Assembly: GCF_964355755.1 (NCBI RefSeq)
Contig: NC_092671.1
Coordinates: 14,322,001-14,386,000, forward strand
Source of the DNA: Antedon mediterranea
Lineage: Eukaryota > Animalia > Echinodermata
Direction: 5' to 3'
Length of the DNA stretch: 64,000 bases
Shown: positions 1 through 12,551 of the stretch, piece after piece
Numbering within the stretch: position 1 is the first letter of the stretch
Layout: each line of letters opens with the position of its first letter
Notes under the pieces: model-generated
What the model was told of the DNA's origin: nothing
The model's database searches: none
The model's input: only the letters and a program-made list of their open reading frames with translations
Program-made: the position numbers and the translations under genes

Positions 1-1910
1 ATGTTACCCGTATAATGCCACTGTGCACCGTAACAAATGGCTGTAAATAAAAGAAAATCAAATCTAAATAAAATAAAATATCTGTGGGTTAAAATTTCTC
101 AAGTAATAATTAATAGTAGACCAAGACTTTAAATGTAACATATTAATAAAATGAATTACATATAGCATTAAAACATATCTACTAAGAACAAACTATTTTA
201 TCTAAATTAAATTAAGAAAATATTACATATGAATAATTATGGTTTTTTTTTCAATTAAAAAAACTATATAAAGAATTACAACATAAATTAGAGTAAATTG
301 AATAATCTTTGTTTATTAAACAGTGTATGTATCAACTCTTTGATCTCTGAGCACTTCCTTTAAAGCTCAGGTACAGGCATGAATTTTAAATATAATATTT
401 GTTTAATTGTACATAAATCAAATATTTGTAACAGAAATCAAGACGAAAAAACATGAATTTCCCTTAATATGATCAAATAGAAAATTTGGCAACATTCTGC
501 CATAAAAACCAGGAAGACCTTTTTTCAGTAGTTAGGTAGTTTAACCTAATGTAATAGCATGTCTGGTGACTACCTAGAAGGTGAAAAAAGATGGTGGATA
601 TACGGTGGATAATTTTTGCTATAGCATAAAAATAAAAATCTGAAGTTGAATAAAAATACAAGAAATGTAAAATTCAAGTTATATTACCTATATTTAGTCA
701 TCTGATAACATTTTTTACCACACTGTTTATTTTTCATAGCTTTTTAAAATGCCTCTCTATTTACAAAATGTGTGTACAAAAGAATAGAGATTTTACTGTG
801 TAATTTGAACTATCCCCCCACTGATAAGAAAGTGCTTATTTTCAACAAGCTCATGTAACACAAATAAAATCCCCAAAATTATGAAACATAGGGGAAACTA
901 TAGATCGATAATTATTGGAATGTATGATCAATAGAAATTTTTTGCCCGCACCTGGCCTTTAATGCAATCAAATTATTTGAGAATCTTATCTAAATCCACA
1001 AATACAGTTGATTGTCTAATTAAACGAATGCTTTAGATCAAAGAGTTGAAGCCTACACTTAATTAAACAATCATTATAATAAAAGTTAAATTGCTTATCT
1101 ATCAATTAGAAGGGTTGACATGTGAACAAGGCTTTACTCTGTTTCCCATGGATGCTATTCTGATACAGCACACATTTAGTTTTTTATAGTTTAAAATTAT
1201 GTTTAGGCCTAAAATCTATTACAGGGTACATAGGCTAGTCTAACTAGTAGTAGGATTGTTAAAATATTAAATAAATTAAACTTTAAAGAATAGATTAATT
1301 ACTTTAAACTAAATTTATTTACTATGGGATGGTTCTACGATAAATACTAATCTAAGCCTAGGCCTAGTCTATCTAACCATGGAGAAATACCACGATCTAA
1401 CTATGTATAGTAGATAACTTTTGAAGAAAAAAAATAACAGGGAGCCCTAAGTAGGTAGCATCTTACTAGGGCCTAGCCCTTGCAGGCCCATGGTTTGACT
1501 TACAATTCATGGCAACCAAAAATGATCTAGGCCTACCTAGGTCTTTCTATCTAGCCTAGGCGGCCTATATAGTAAATACATTAATTAAAGTAAGTGTCGA
1601 GTGACACTACCTATATCTAAACCCTAACTAACCTATAAAGGCATGCGTTATTGTTAATACTTTGTGAAATATATGTAGGCCTACTTGTAATTAGGGGAAG
1701 TAATAATAGCAAATGCATTTTACCCCCACAGAGCAGTAGTAACTTTCTAGATGATACTTCTTACTCTATTGGTATTACAATTTCTAAGCATACTTTTGGA
1801 ATGTTTCTGATTGTTCTTATAATAATTATACATGGTTTCTTAAAATCTAAACACATTCTAGAATGTTCATGTAGATGTTACTGTATATTATGTTAGGAAA
1901 TGGTAATTTA

Positions 1911-2277
1911 TGACGATGTCAAACATCTTCAATACCGAGTGGCAAAGGCGCGCATATAGGCGCTGTATAATATCTAACTTGCCGTTTAACACAATAGCAT
2001 TCGTATTGATTTAGACTTGATACCAAGGTCCATACGATGGCAAAGGTTGACGATGTCAAACATCTTCAATACCGATACAGCTGGCAAAGGCGCGCTTATA
2101 GGCGCGGTATAATATCTAACTTGCCGTTTAACACAATAGCATTCGTATTGATTTAGACTTGATACCAAGGTCCATACGATGGCAAACGTTGACGATGTCA
2201 AACATCTTCAATACCGATACAGCTGGCAAAGGCGCGCATATAGGCGCGGTATAATACCTAACTTGCCGTTTAAGACA
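1911..2277. repeat. 142-bp tandem repeat, ~2.6 copies (left arm)
   Basis: Repeats of gacgatgtcaaacatcttcaataccga...; period 142 bp between the last two copies. Confidence 0.9.
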
Positions 2278-2975
2278 ATTGCATTCGTTCGATGTATGAA
2301 ATGAACGTAAACTTTTTATGACAAACCTATTCTTCAAGACCCCCGCACCAAGGACAGTGCGTGTCTTATTGTAAAATCATTCAACATGGTTATCTAGCAT
2401 TCGTTCGATAATTCTTTAGAAAATAAACCCAAAATCTTTACTTCGACGCCTAATGACAGCGTGCGTCAATGTTTTCAGTTTACAAACAGCGTCGTCTTAC
2501 AATCACAATGCGTGTTAAAAATACCGGGATCATACAAAATGCAAGACAGAGAAATAAAAAAAATACATATTTATACTGCACATATTATTTATTTTCAAAT
2601 ACCATATTCATTCAATCCACGGATATAACATCGCGAATCATTGTTAGGCATGCTATAATACAAACTTTTAAACAATAATCATTACTTCGACGCCTAATGA
2701 CAGCGTCAATGTTTTTAAGACTATATTTTTGTGTGTTTCTGCCTAAGTCAGCTGTGTGACTTAGGCAATTAAGGAGAGCTGACTTATGATCTGCCTAACT
2801 CACTGCTTATATCATTATACTGCCCTCTGTACATTATCTGAGTGCTTTTATATACATTTGCACATGCTCAGATCGTTTTTTGTGTTTCTGCCTAAGTCAG
2901 CTGTGTGACTTAGGCAATTAAGGAGAGGAGACTCATGATTTTTTTAATAAAATAAGAAAAAATTTTTATAGTATA

Positions 2976-3196
2976 TTTTTAGTCGCGTGGACGCGACTCT
3001 ATAGTTCACTATGTCGGTCGGTTGGTCGGTCTGTCGGTCTGTCGGTCTGTCTGTCGGTCCGGTATCACTATGCGTTTTATCGCTTTTCTGTACTTTTTGA
3101 ACTGTTTTGATGTACAGAAAAGTTTTAAAGTACATTACTTTTTGAAAGTTCATTTTTATTCTGAGAGCATGCGACTTATGGCTGTTGGCCTTATTT
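2976..3196 (+). mobile_element. Helentron-associated non-autonomous element (HINE/DINE-1-like)
   Basis: T-run, agtcgcgt-gg-acgcgact subterminal hairpin, (GGTC/TGTC)n microsatellite, 3' partial IR gcatgcgact plus degenerate ggc..gcc stem and T-run. Confidence 0.7.
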
Positions 3197-3199
3197 GGA

Positions 3200-3630
3200 A
3201 AAAATCTCTGTACTATAGTACAGGAAAATTTCCAAATAATGGCCGATTTTCGACCCTTTTATTTTTTGACATAAATGGTTACTATTGCATAAGGAACATG
3301 CGCAGATACGAATAATGGGTTCTGCGCATGTCAATTCACATGCGCCGAACCCATTATTCGACTCTGCGCATGTTTATTATGCAATAGTAACCATTTATGT
3401 CAAAAGTAACCACTTTAATAAGAATAATGGGTTCTGCGCATGTGAATTGTGTTATAGTAACCATTTATGTCAAATATGGTTATGATAGTACAATTGATAT
3501 GCCCAGAACCTATTATTCGACTCTGCGCATGTTTATTATGCTATAGTAACCATTTATATCAAAAAATAAAAGGGTCGAAAATCGGCAATTTTTTGGAAAT
3601 TTTCCTGTACTATAGTACAGAGATTTTGTC
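3200..3630. repeat. ~87-bp self-complementary satellite forming the centre of the palindrome
   Basis: Units of ggttactat..catgcgcaga..tctgcgcatg..atagtaacc in both orientations. Confidence 0.8.
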
Positions 3631-3810
3631 AAAACAAGGCCACCAACCATAAGTCGCATGCTCTCAGAAAAAAAATGAACTTTCAAAAAGTAATGTACTT
3701 TAAAACTTTTCTGTACATCAAAACAGTTCAAAAAGTACAGAAAAGCGATAAAACGCATAGTGATACCGGACCGACAGACAGATATAGAGTCGCGTCCACG
3801 CGACTAAAAA
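3631..3810 (-). mobile_element. Inverted copy of the HINE/DINE-1-like element, with a shortened microsatellite region
   Basis: Reverse complement of 2976-3196. Confidence 0.7.
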
Positions 3811-3844
3811 TATACTATAAAAATGTCTTTCTTATTTCATTAAA

Positions 3845-5860
3845 AAAATCATGAGTCTTCTCTCCTTAATTGCCTAAGTCACACAGCTGACTTAGGCAGA
3901 AACACAAAAAACGATCTGAGCATGTGCAAATGTATATAAAAGCACTCAGATAATGTACAGAGGGCAGTATAATGATATAAGCAGTGAGTTAGGCAGATCA
4001 TAAGTCAGCTCTCCTTAATTGCCTAAGTCACACAGCTGACTTGGGCAGAAACACAACAAATATAGTACATTGATATAAGCAGTGAGTTAGGCAGAAAAAA
4101 AAAAAATTATGACTTACACACTTTTGTTATGAGGCTGTCGATATCATCTATATACAAAAAATGCTACCTTTAAGTAACAAAATTTAATAGCATCAGCTCT
4201 TCAGATTAAAATTAACACTGATGATTTTAGAAAAAGAAAGTAGCAATAAAAGAGAAAGAATGTGTAACAAATGGGTTAAAAAATATACTATAAAAATGTA
4301 TTTCTTATTTTATTTAAAAAATCAGGAGTCTCCTCTCCTTAATTGCCTAAGTCACACAGCTGACTTAGGCAGAAACACAAAAAAACGATCTGAGAATGTG
4401 CAAATGTATATAAAAGCACTCAGATAATGTACAGAGGGCAGTGTAATGATATAAGCAGTGAATTAGGCAGATCATAAGTCAGCTCTCCTTAATTGCCTAA
4501 GTCACACAGCTGACTTAGGCAGAAACACAAAAAATATAGTATATTGATATAAGCAGTGAGTTAGGCAGAAAAACAAAAAACAAATTATGACTTAGACACT
4601 TTTGTTATGAGGCTGTCGATATCATCTATATACAAAAAATGCTTAAGTAACAAAATTTAATAGCATCAGCTCTTCAGATTAAAATTAACACTGATGATTT
4701 TAGAAAAGGAAAGTAGCAATAAAGAGAAAGAATTAAAAAATCATGAGTCTCCTCTTCTTAATTGCCTAAGTCACACAGCTGACTTAGGCAGAAACACAAA
4801 AAACGATCTGAGCATGTGCAAATGTATATAAAAGCACTCAGATAATGTACAGAGGGCAGTATAATGATATAAGCAGTGAGTTAGGCAGATCATAAGTCAG
4901 CTCTCCTTAATTGCCTAAGTCACACAGCTGACTTGGGCAGAAACACAACAAATATAGTACATTGATATAAGCAGTGAGTTAGGCAGAAAAACAAAAAAAA
5001 AAATTATGACTTACACACTTTTGTTATGAGGCTGTCGATATCATCTATATACAAAAAATGCTACCTTTAAGTAACAAAATTTAATAGCATCAGCTCTTCA
5101 GATTAAAATTAACACTGATGATTTTAGAAAAAGAAAGTAGCAATAAAAGAGAAAGAATGTGTAACAAATTGGTAAAAAAATATACTATAAAAATGTATTT
5201 CTTATTTTATTTAAAAAATCAGGAGTAGCCTCTCCTTAATTGCCTAAGTCACACAGCTGACTTAGGCAGAAACACAAAAAAACGATCTGAGAATGTGCAA
5301 ATGTATATAAAAGCACTCAGATAATGTACAGAGGGCAGTATAATGATATAAGCAGTGAGTTAGGCAGATCATAAGTCAGCTCTCCTTAATTGCCTAAGCC
5401 ACACAGCTGACTTAGGCAGAAACACAAAAAATATAGTATATTGATATAAGCAGTGAGTTAGGCAGAAAAACAAAAAACAAATTATGACTTAGACACTTTT
5501 GTTATGAGGCTGTCGATATCATCTATATACAAAAAATGCTACCTTTAAGTAACAAAATTTAATAGCATCAGCTCTTCAGATTAAAATTAACACTGATGAT
5601 TTTAGAAAAGGAAAGTAGCAATAAAGAGAAAGAATTAAAAAATCATGAGTCTCCTCTTCTTAATTGCCTAAGTCACACAGCTGACTTAGGCAGAAACACA
5701 AAAAACGATCTGAGCATGTGCAAATGTATATAAAAGCACTCAGATAATGTACAGAGGGCAGTATAATGATATAAGCAGTGAGTTAGGCAGATCATAAGTC
5801 AGCTCTCCTTAATTGCCTAAGTCACACAGCTGACTTAGGCAGAAACACACAAAAATATAG
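3845..5860. repeat. Tandem array of alternating ~475/~420-bp units (higher-order ~895-bp dimer), each with two TGCCTAAGTCA-cacagc-TGACTTAGGCA hairpins
   Basis: Unit starts at 3849, 4322, 4741, 5219, 5643 (spacing 473, 419, 478, 424). Confidence 0.92.
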
Positions 5861-6317
5861 TCTTAAAAACATTGAAGCTGTCATTAGGCGTCGAAGTAAT
5901 GATTATTGTTTAAAAGTTTGTAATATAGCATGCCTAACAATGATTCGCGATGTTATATCCGTGGATTGAATGAATATGGTATTTGAAAATAAATAATATG
6001 TGCAGTATAAATATGTATTTTTTTTATTTCTCTGTCTTGCATTTTGTATGATCCCGGTATTTTTAACACGCATTGTGATTGTAAGACGACGCTGTTCTCT
6101 CTTTGGTTGTAAACTGAAAACATTGACGCACGCTGTCATTAGGCGTCGAAGTAAAGATTTTGGGTTTATTTTCTAAAGAATTATCGAACGAATGCTAGAT
6201 GACCATGTTGAATGATTTTACAATAAGACACGCACTGTCCTTGGTGCGGGGGTCTTGAAGAATAGGTTTGTCATAAAAAGTTCACGGTCATTTCATACAT
6301 CGAACGAATGCAATTGT

Positions 6318-6681
6318 CTTAAACGGCAAGTTAGGTACTATACCGCGCCTATATGCGCGCCTTTGCCAGCTGTATCGGTATTGAAGATGTTTGACATCGT
6401 CAACGTTTGCCATCGTATGGACCTTGGTATCAAGTCTAAATCAATACGAATGCTATTGTGTTAAACGGCAAGTTAGATATTATACCGCGCCTATATGCGC
6501 GCCTTTGCCAGCTGTATCGGTATTGAAGATGTTTGACATCGTCAACGTTTGCCATCGTATGGACCTTGGTATCAAGTCTAAATCAATACGAATGCTATTG
6601 TGTTAAACGGCAAGTTAGATATTATACCGCGCCTATATGCGCGCCTTTGCCACTCGGTATTGAAGATGTTTGACATCGTCA
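6318..6681. repeat. 142-bp tandem repeat, ~2.6 copies (right arm, inverted)
   Basis: Reverse complement of 1911-2277. Confidence 0.9.
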
Positions 6682-6737
6682 TAAATTACCATTTCCTAAC
6701 ATAATATACAGTAACATCTACATGAACATTCTATTGT

Positions 6738-7575
6738 CCATTTATGTCAAAACTGGTTACTATAGCACAATTGACATGCGCAGAACCCATTATTCGCCTC
6801 TGCGCATGTTTTTATGCTATAGTAACCATTTAGGTCAAAACTGGTTACTATAGCACAATTAACATGTGCAGAACCCATTAGTCGACTCTGCGCATGTTTA
6901 TTATGCAATAGTAACCATTTATGTCAAAATAATAATAATGTCGATAAATGAAATTTTCGAAAAATGGCCGATTTTTGACCCTTTTATTTTATTACATAAA
7001 TGGTTACTATTGCATAATAAACATGCACAGAGACGAATAATAGGTTCTGCGCATGTCAATTGTGCTATAGTAACCAGTTTTTACATAAATGGTTACTATT
7101 GCTTAATGAACATACGCAGAGGCGACTAATGGGTTCTGTGCATGTTAATTGTGCTTTAGTAACCATTTTTATCGAAAAATAAAAAGGTCGAAAATTTGCC
7201 ATTTTTTTGAAAAAAATCCATGTACTATAGTACAGAGAAATTTTCGAAAAATGGTCGATTTTCAACCCTTTTATTTTTTGACATAAATGGTTACTATTGC
7301 ATAATAAACATGCGCAGAGACGAATAATGGGTTCTGCGCATGTCAATTGTGCTATAGTAACCAGTTTTGACATAAATGGTTACTATTGCTTAATGAACAT
7401 GAATAATGGGTTCTGCGCATGTTAATTGTGCTATCATAACCATATTTGACATAAATGGTTACTATAGCATAATAAACATTCGCAGAGGCGAGTAATGGGT
7501 TCTGCGCATGTCAATTGTGCTATAGTAACCAGTTTTATCGAAAAACAAAAAGGTCGAAAATTTGCCATTTTTGAA
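6738..7575. repeat. ~87-bp hairpin satellite array with an orientation switch near 6930-6950; degenerate relatives continue at ~8085-8650
   Basis: Repeated aatgggttctgcgcatgtcaattgtgctatagtaaccagttttgacataaatggttacta. Confidence 0.85.
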
Positions 7576-9062
7576 ACATTTTTATAAATTGTTTTTCATG
7601 TTTAATGTATTTTTACTTTAGTTTTAAGTATTAATTTAAGGGGGAGAATATTCAATAATAATATTATTACGGTGTTCACATAGTCTCTCCGGGGTATTTA
7701 ATTCTAAATATTCCAGAAATAAAATTAATACTCTAATAATAACTAAACAAGTTTAAGTGAGTATTGAATAAAATAATTATTGACAATTAGCTACAGTTCG
7801 TAGGGCAGTACCAAATGATTTTATGTTTAAAACAACAACATTAACACAGCTTGCTGTGCAATTAACACCATTGTTGTGCACTTGAATGGGTTTCCTATGA
7901 CATAATAGGTGTTAATATGTCAATTGAGTGAGTCTTTCATGGCATTTGTAGTTGAGTTAGTCTTTGGTGACAATAGTAACACACACTTGTAATTGAGTGG
8001 TATTTTGATTTTAAAATTTCATATTTATAGTTAACATTTTGAAGTTATTTTTGAAAAATGTGTCAGTTGAGTCGTTCTTTCATGGCAGTATAGTAGGCTA
8101 CAGGTATTTTTTAGAAAAATGGGCAAAATATCCACTTTTTAAAATTCAATAATTATGCGATAATATTTCCATATATGACCATCTATTGTGTTATCACCAT
8201 CTAATAGAGCTATAGTAACTAGTTATGTCAACAAATAAAAGGTCGTCATTTTTCGAAAATTTCCCTATAATATTATAATAGAGGAATTTTTTTTAAAAAA
8301 TTGGCAAAATATCCACTTTTTAAAATTTAGTAGGCCTAATTATGTGATAATATTGACCTATATTCGCATATATTGTTGTCATCATCTAATAGAGCTATAG
8401 TAACTAGTTATGTCAACAAATAAAAGGTCAACATTTTGTCATTTTTCGAAAAATGGGCAAAATATCCACTTTTTAAAATTCAATAATTATGCGATAACAT
8501 TGCATAAGTATCGAAATTTTGTAATTTTTCGAAAATTTCCCTGTACAATAGTAGGACCTACAGAATTTTGAATCATTTATTTTTGACATAAATGGTTACG
8601 ATGAGTCTATATCAGAACAGAAAAGGGTCGAAGTTGACCATTTTTTCGAAAAAATAAATATTCCATGAGGAAAAATCGGCTATTAAACTATTAAATTTGC
8701 AAATATTACATTATTATGCAATATTACATAATCTTCTTATATATTATCAGTATCACATATAATAATTGAAAAAAGTCTGTGTTTCATTGTTATATATTTA
8801 TTTCGTAGAAATATGATAGTAACCATAACGTCAATTCATGACAACATTCTTGCCCTTTTACAGCTCATAATCATTCATTATCTGTATAATATCTAAATTC
8901 TATGGGGAAATCAATCTACTGAACTGAATCTATTAACAATAATTGTAATTTTTTTAATTATTTTTAAATATATATTAAATTAATATTAAATATTTAAAAA
9001 TGTTATTGTCTGTAATAAAATGCTATCGTTTGTTATTGTATTTAAATAATTCGATTACAAGA

Positions 9063-12000
9063 CTAATTACAGAATCGCCAGATGCCATCGTTCCTATAGC
9101 CATTGGTACAATAACTGTAGTGACTTACATACAGTGGTTGGGGATCAATCCACTCCAGTACGATGTTGTTATTGTTTCTAAAATAATAAAGGAATAATAT
9201 ACGAGTTAATACAATATAATATTAAATTAGATTATTGGAGCTATTGCATCATTGCGTAATCGTAATCATCATCATCAACCTCATTTATATCATCCTCTCT
9301 TCCTCATCATCATTGTTATCAAACAAATAAAAAAAATTACATATTAATATTATTATTGTTTTTATAAAATGTATATTTGTATATTTTTGTTTAAATAAAA
9401 AGGCCATAAAATAACTCAAGTAATTTAATCATACTAGATGGTACGCTCGCTTCGCTCGCGTACCATCTAGGTCGTGCCCACAGATGTTTCTCGAATACAC
9501 AGTAATTTCAGGGTAAAAAATCTGGCGATTTCAAATGCACGTTCCGCAGGACTATAATACATTGTCGTTTACAGAAACGAATAAGTAGACACAATGATTT
9601 ATGTAGTCAACCAAAATTAGCACCCTGGGAATTACTTCCAAAAGAGAAACTTACCACAAAATGAGTCCAAATTTTTTATTCATTTAAAGAAACCCAATTA
9701 GGGTTGAGGGATGGGAAAGAGGATAGGTATACAAAGAGGAACAATTTTTAAATATATTCTTTATCCACGTCAGTAACGAAATATTGTTTTCATTTTTTAT
9801 AGGCCTATAAATAATATACCACTAACGGTGACTAAATATAGTAAAACATTTGCGATTTAATACTTTGTTAAAACTGTCACTGTCATAGTCGATTGAAATA
9901 GTAAAGTACATGTAACGATACACCACTACGACGTTTATATTTGTTTGTAATTATTAATTAATGCAAACGTTGAGAAGCAACTGTCAGTAAAAAAGTTTAT
10001 TTGTATATTACGTGTTTATATATCTAACAGTAGAGCCTACCCATAATCACTGTAATAAAGTTTATTTGTATATATTTTTTTACATCTAACAGTATTCACA
10101 GTAAAAAATGTTTGTATATATTTTTTTACATCTAACAGTATTCACAAATGTTCGATTCAAATGACGACCAAAAATAGTTAATAGGTATTTGCAGTACTGT
10201 ATTGTCAAAGTATTGCAAGTTTATTCTCCAAGGGCTCATAAATTTACCTACTTGTGTTAAACCAAACTGGCAGACTGAGAGATTGGAATGTTCCATTCAT
10301 CGCAAATCAATACATTTGTAAAAACGTAAATTAAATCTATCAAAATAGTTTTTTTTTAAAGAAAATCGGCCTGTCTTCAACATTATGATGCTGTACTCGA
10401 GCAGTTCAACCGGTTTTCAGCTATTAAAAACAATTATCGTAGGAGGAGATAGGAAAATGCGAAGCGTCCTCGTATTATTGTGTGCGGGTATTTTTCAAGT
10501 TGGACATCCATTAGACAGTGTATACCACGATCGGAAAACACCCCTATTTGGGGCAAATCGTTGAACCTAAATTCGTTTTAATCGTCAATAACTAATTATC
10601 TAACTCAATTTAATTAGTAAACATGGTTACATCAGGTGGTTAAAATCAGTACCGAAAGTACGAACCAACTTTATATACCATCGAGTAAAAATTCTAGAAG
10701 TAAGGCGCGATTTACCTAATTTTGCCCTTACGTAAATTTATATATAGATAATTGTAATACGTTTGATAGGTAATAGGTACAGTAAATGAATGAAAATTAA
10801 AATAAATATTTACCGGACTGTGAGAGTTCCAGCGTTGAGGGTCACCGTGAAAGCATTGAATGACTGTGGGTTCAACAACCAAGGGTTGAATTCACATTTC
10901 TCGTCCCTGCAGTTCTTACACCTACGAACACACACATACGTGTTCCAATATGCATCGATCACAATTTCATACATTGGATTGCTTTCAGATGAGCTTGACG
11001 ATAATGCAATTTGTGCAGATAGACGAGCTTGTACCTTTAAACAAATTATAAGCGAGCAATTATTTATACGTAAACGTTGCTACCAAAGCAGGCAGCTAAT
11101 ATTGGGGGCACCATGTACCACTAGACCTGTAACTCGTGTATCTAGACTTAAACATAACGTTTTTTACACTTTCTTTCTTTCTTACACGTTCTTTAAGCGC
11201 CTTGAGCACTTTGTGGATATGTGCGCTTTATAAATCTTATTATCTTATCTTATCTTTACGCGTGGGATATAATACACTTTCTAGTAAGGTACCGTATAGG
11301 TGTTTTTAAACAAGTATTCTAACCAAAAACTTTAGAAATTTTAGTTATTGCACGTTTGTGATAAGTCTATATCTATCTATTCATTCATTTAAGTAGACAA
11401 TGAAGATAATATTTATGTTTAACTTACCTGGAAGCTAACTGTTACAGGGTAAGATTGACTGACCGGAAAGAATTGATAGTTACAGGTTCCATCGGTTTCA
11501 CTCTCAATGTAATTATTGCATTCTAAAATGAAATAAGTATGTCTACTGTAGGTGTCTTTCTTTGAGGGTGGAAGAACTTACATTTAATACTGTATAAGCC
11601 GACGTTGTCATTGATTAATGAACTACTACCACTAATTACTTCAGTATCAACGAACTCTTCTGTTTTCTCCACGTGGAATTAAAGCTTGGTTTCCAAATAG
11701 GACGCAAAGCAAGGACGTAGACGCAACGTATTGACGCAAAATGCCGTGAGAACATAATTAACCTTGCGTATGCGAAGTGGGAACCGACGACGTAAGTACG
11801 TTGCCGTAAACGTATATTTACTGCACCGTTTTCTGCCTTTTGCGTATGTCGCAACAGTGATAAAATTAATTACCTGTAACTCCTTCTGGTAAAATGTAGG
11901 TAGGTATCCCGCCATTTGCTGTTAATAAGAAAATAATGAAAGCATGACAGAATATTTAATGTTTACATAGTAAGCCCATATTGTCACGAAACAGAAAAAC

Positions 12001-12551
12001 CATGCACTTTAGAATGTAGACATAATGAAAAAACCAAATACAACGTGTTGCATAATCTATAGTTCTGAAATTATGAAAATTAAACGCATTATACTTTTAG
12101 CGGATCTGTAATAATAACTATTTACACGTACCTATTTCACAGAACTGCCAATATCCACGATTACCTTGAGCTGTGCGTATGCCCAAATATGAAACTGATA
12201 GAGGGTATGGATCTTGCCATTCAACCAGAGTTTCTGAAGATCCGCCAAATCCAACAGCTATCAGACCGTTTCCAAATGTTATCCAAAACTTTTGAGAAAC
12301 GTTCGCGCTCAAAATGGCAGCATATGTAGATGAGGTTGCTTGGTTGATGTCTGCGCGCCAAATTGTAACCTTTCTGTTACTACCAGCACCAATTCGAATT
12401 TCATATATGTTGTAATCGTCACGTGGTGCCGGTGACAGACGTAGAAACGCATGCGAGGTTGCCCTTACTTCGAAAGAGATAGTTGTCGCCTGCAACTGTT
12501 CGCTGATGTACTTGTACGTCGTACTCCCATCGGTTTCATATGTTGCACATG
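9063..12551 (-). CDS. Gene 1 C-terminal two FAMeT domains (12132-12551; linker 11874-11918; 11428-11522 plus 10814-11034 plus 9063-9177) and stop
   Basis: ETDG...Y, SFEVRA..HAFLRLS, YEIRIGAG.N, FWITF.NG.I.VG, EWQDPYPL.VSYLG..T..G..G.WQFC; the second copy has ETDGTCNY, SFQVQA, YEIVID, EWIDPQPL.VSHY...G.WRFC*. Confidence 0.87.

Larger units (their letters stand above)
1859..6733. repeat. ~4.9-kb asymmetric inverted duplication (palindrome); left arm 1859-~3330, right arm ~3500-6733
   Basis: 1859 tagaatgttcatgtagatg... is the reverse complement of ...catctacatgaacattcta 6733; the mirror ORFs 2128-2337/6255-6464, 2469-2678/5903-6139 and 3022-3315/3513-3758 confirm it. Confidence 0.95.

Noticed and set aside
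3845-5860. CRISPR-like pattern of palindromic repeats separated by spacers
   Set aside because: The spacers are themselves repeated and over 100 bp, the context is eukaryotic and no cas genes are present; it is a satellite
1986-7373. Duplicated short ORFs on both strands
   Set aside because: Mirror products of the palindrome and tandem repeats; no splice or domain support
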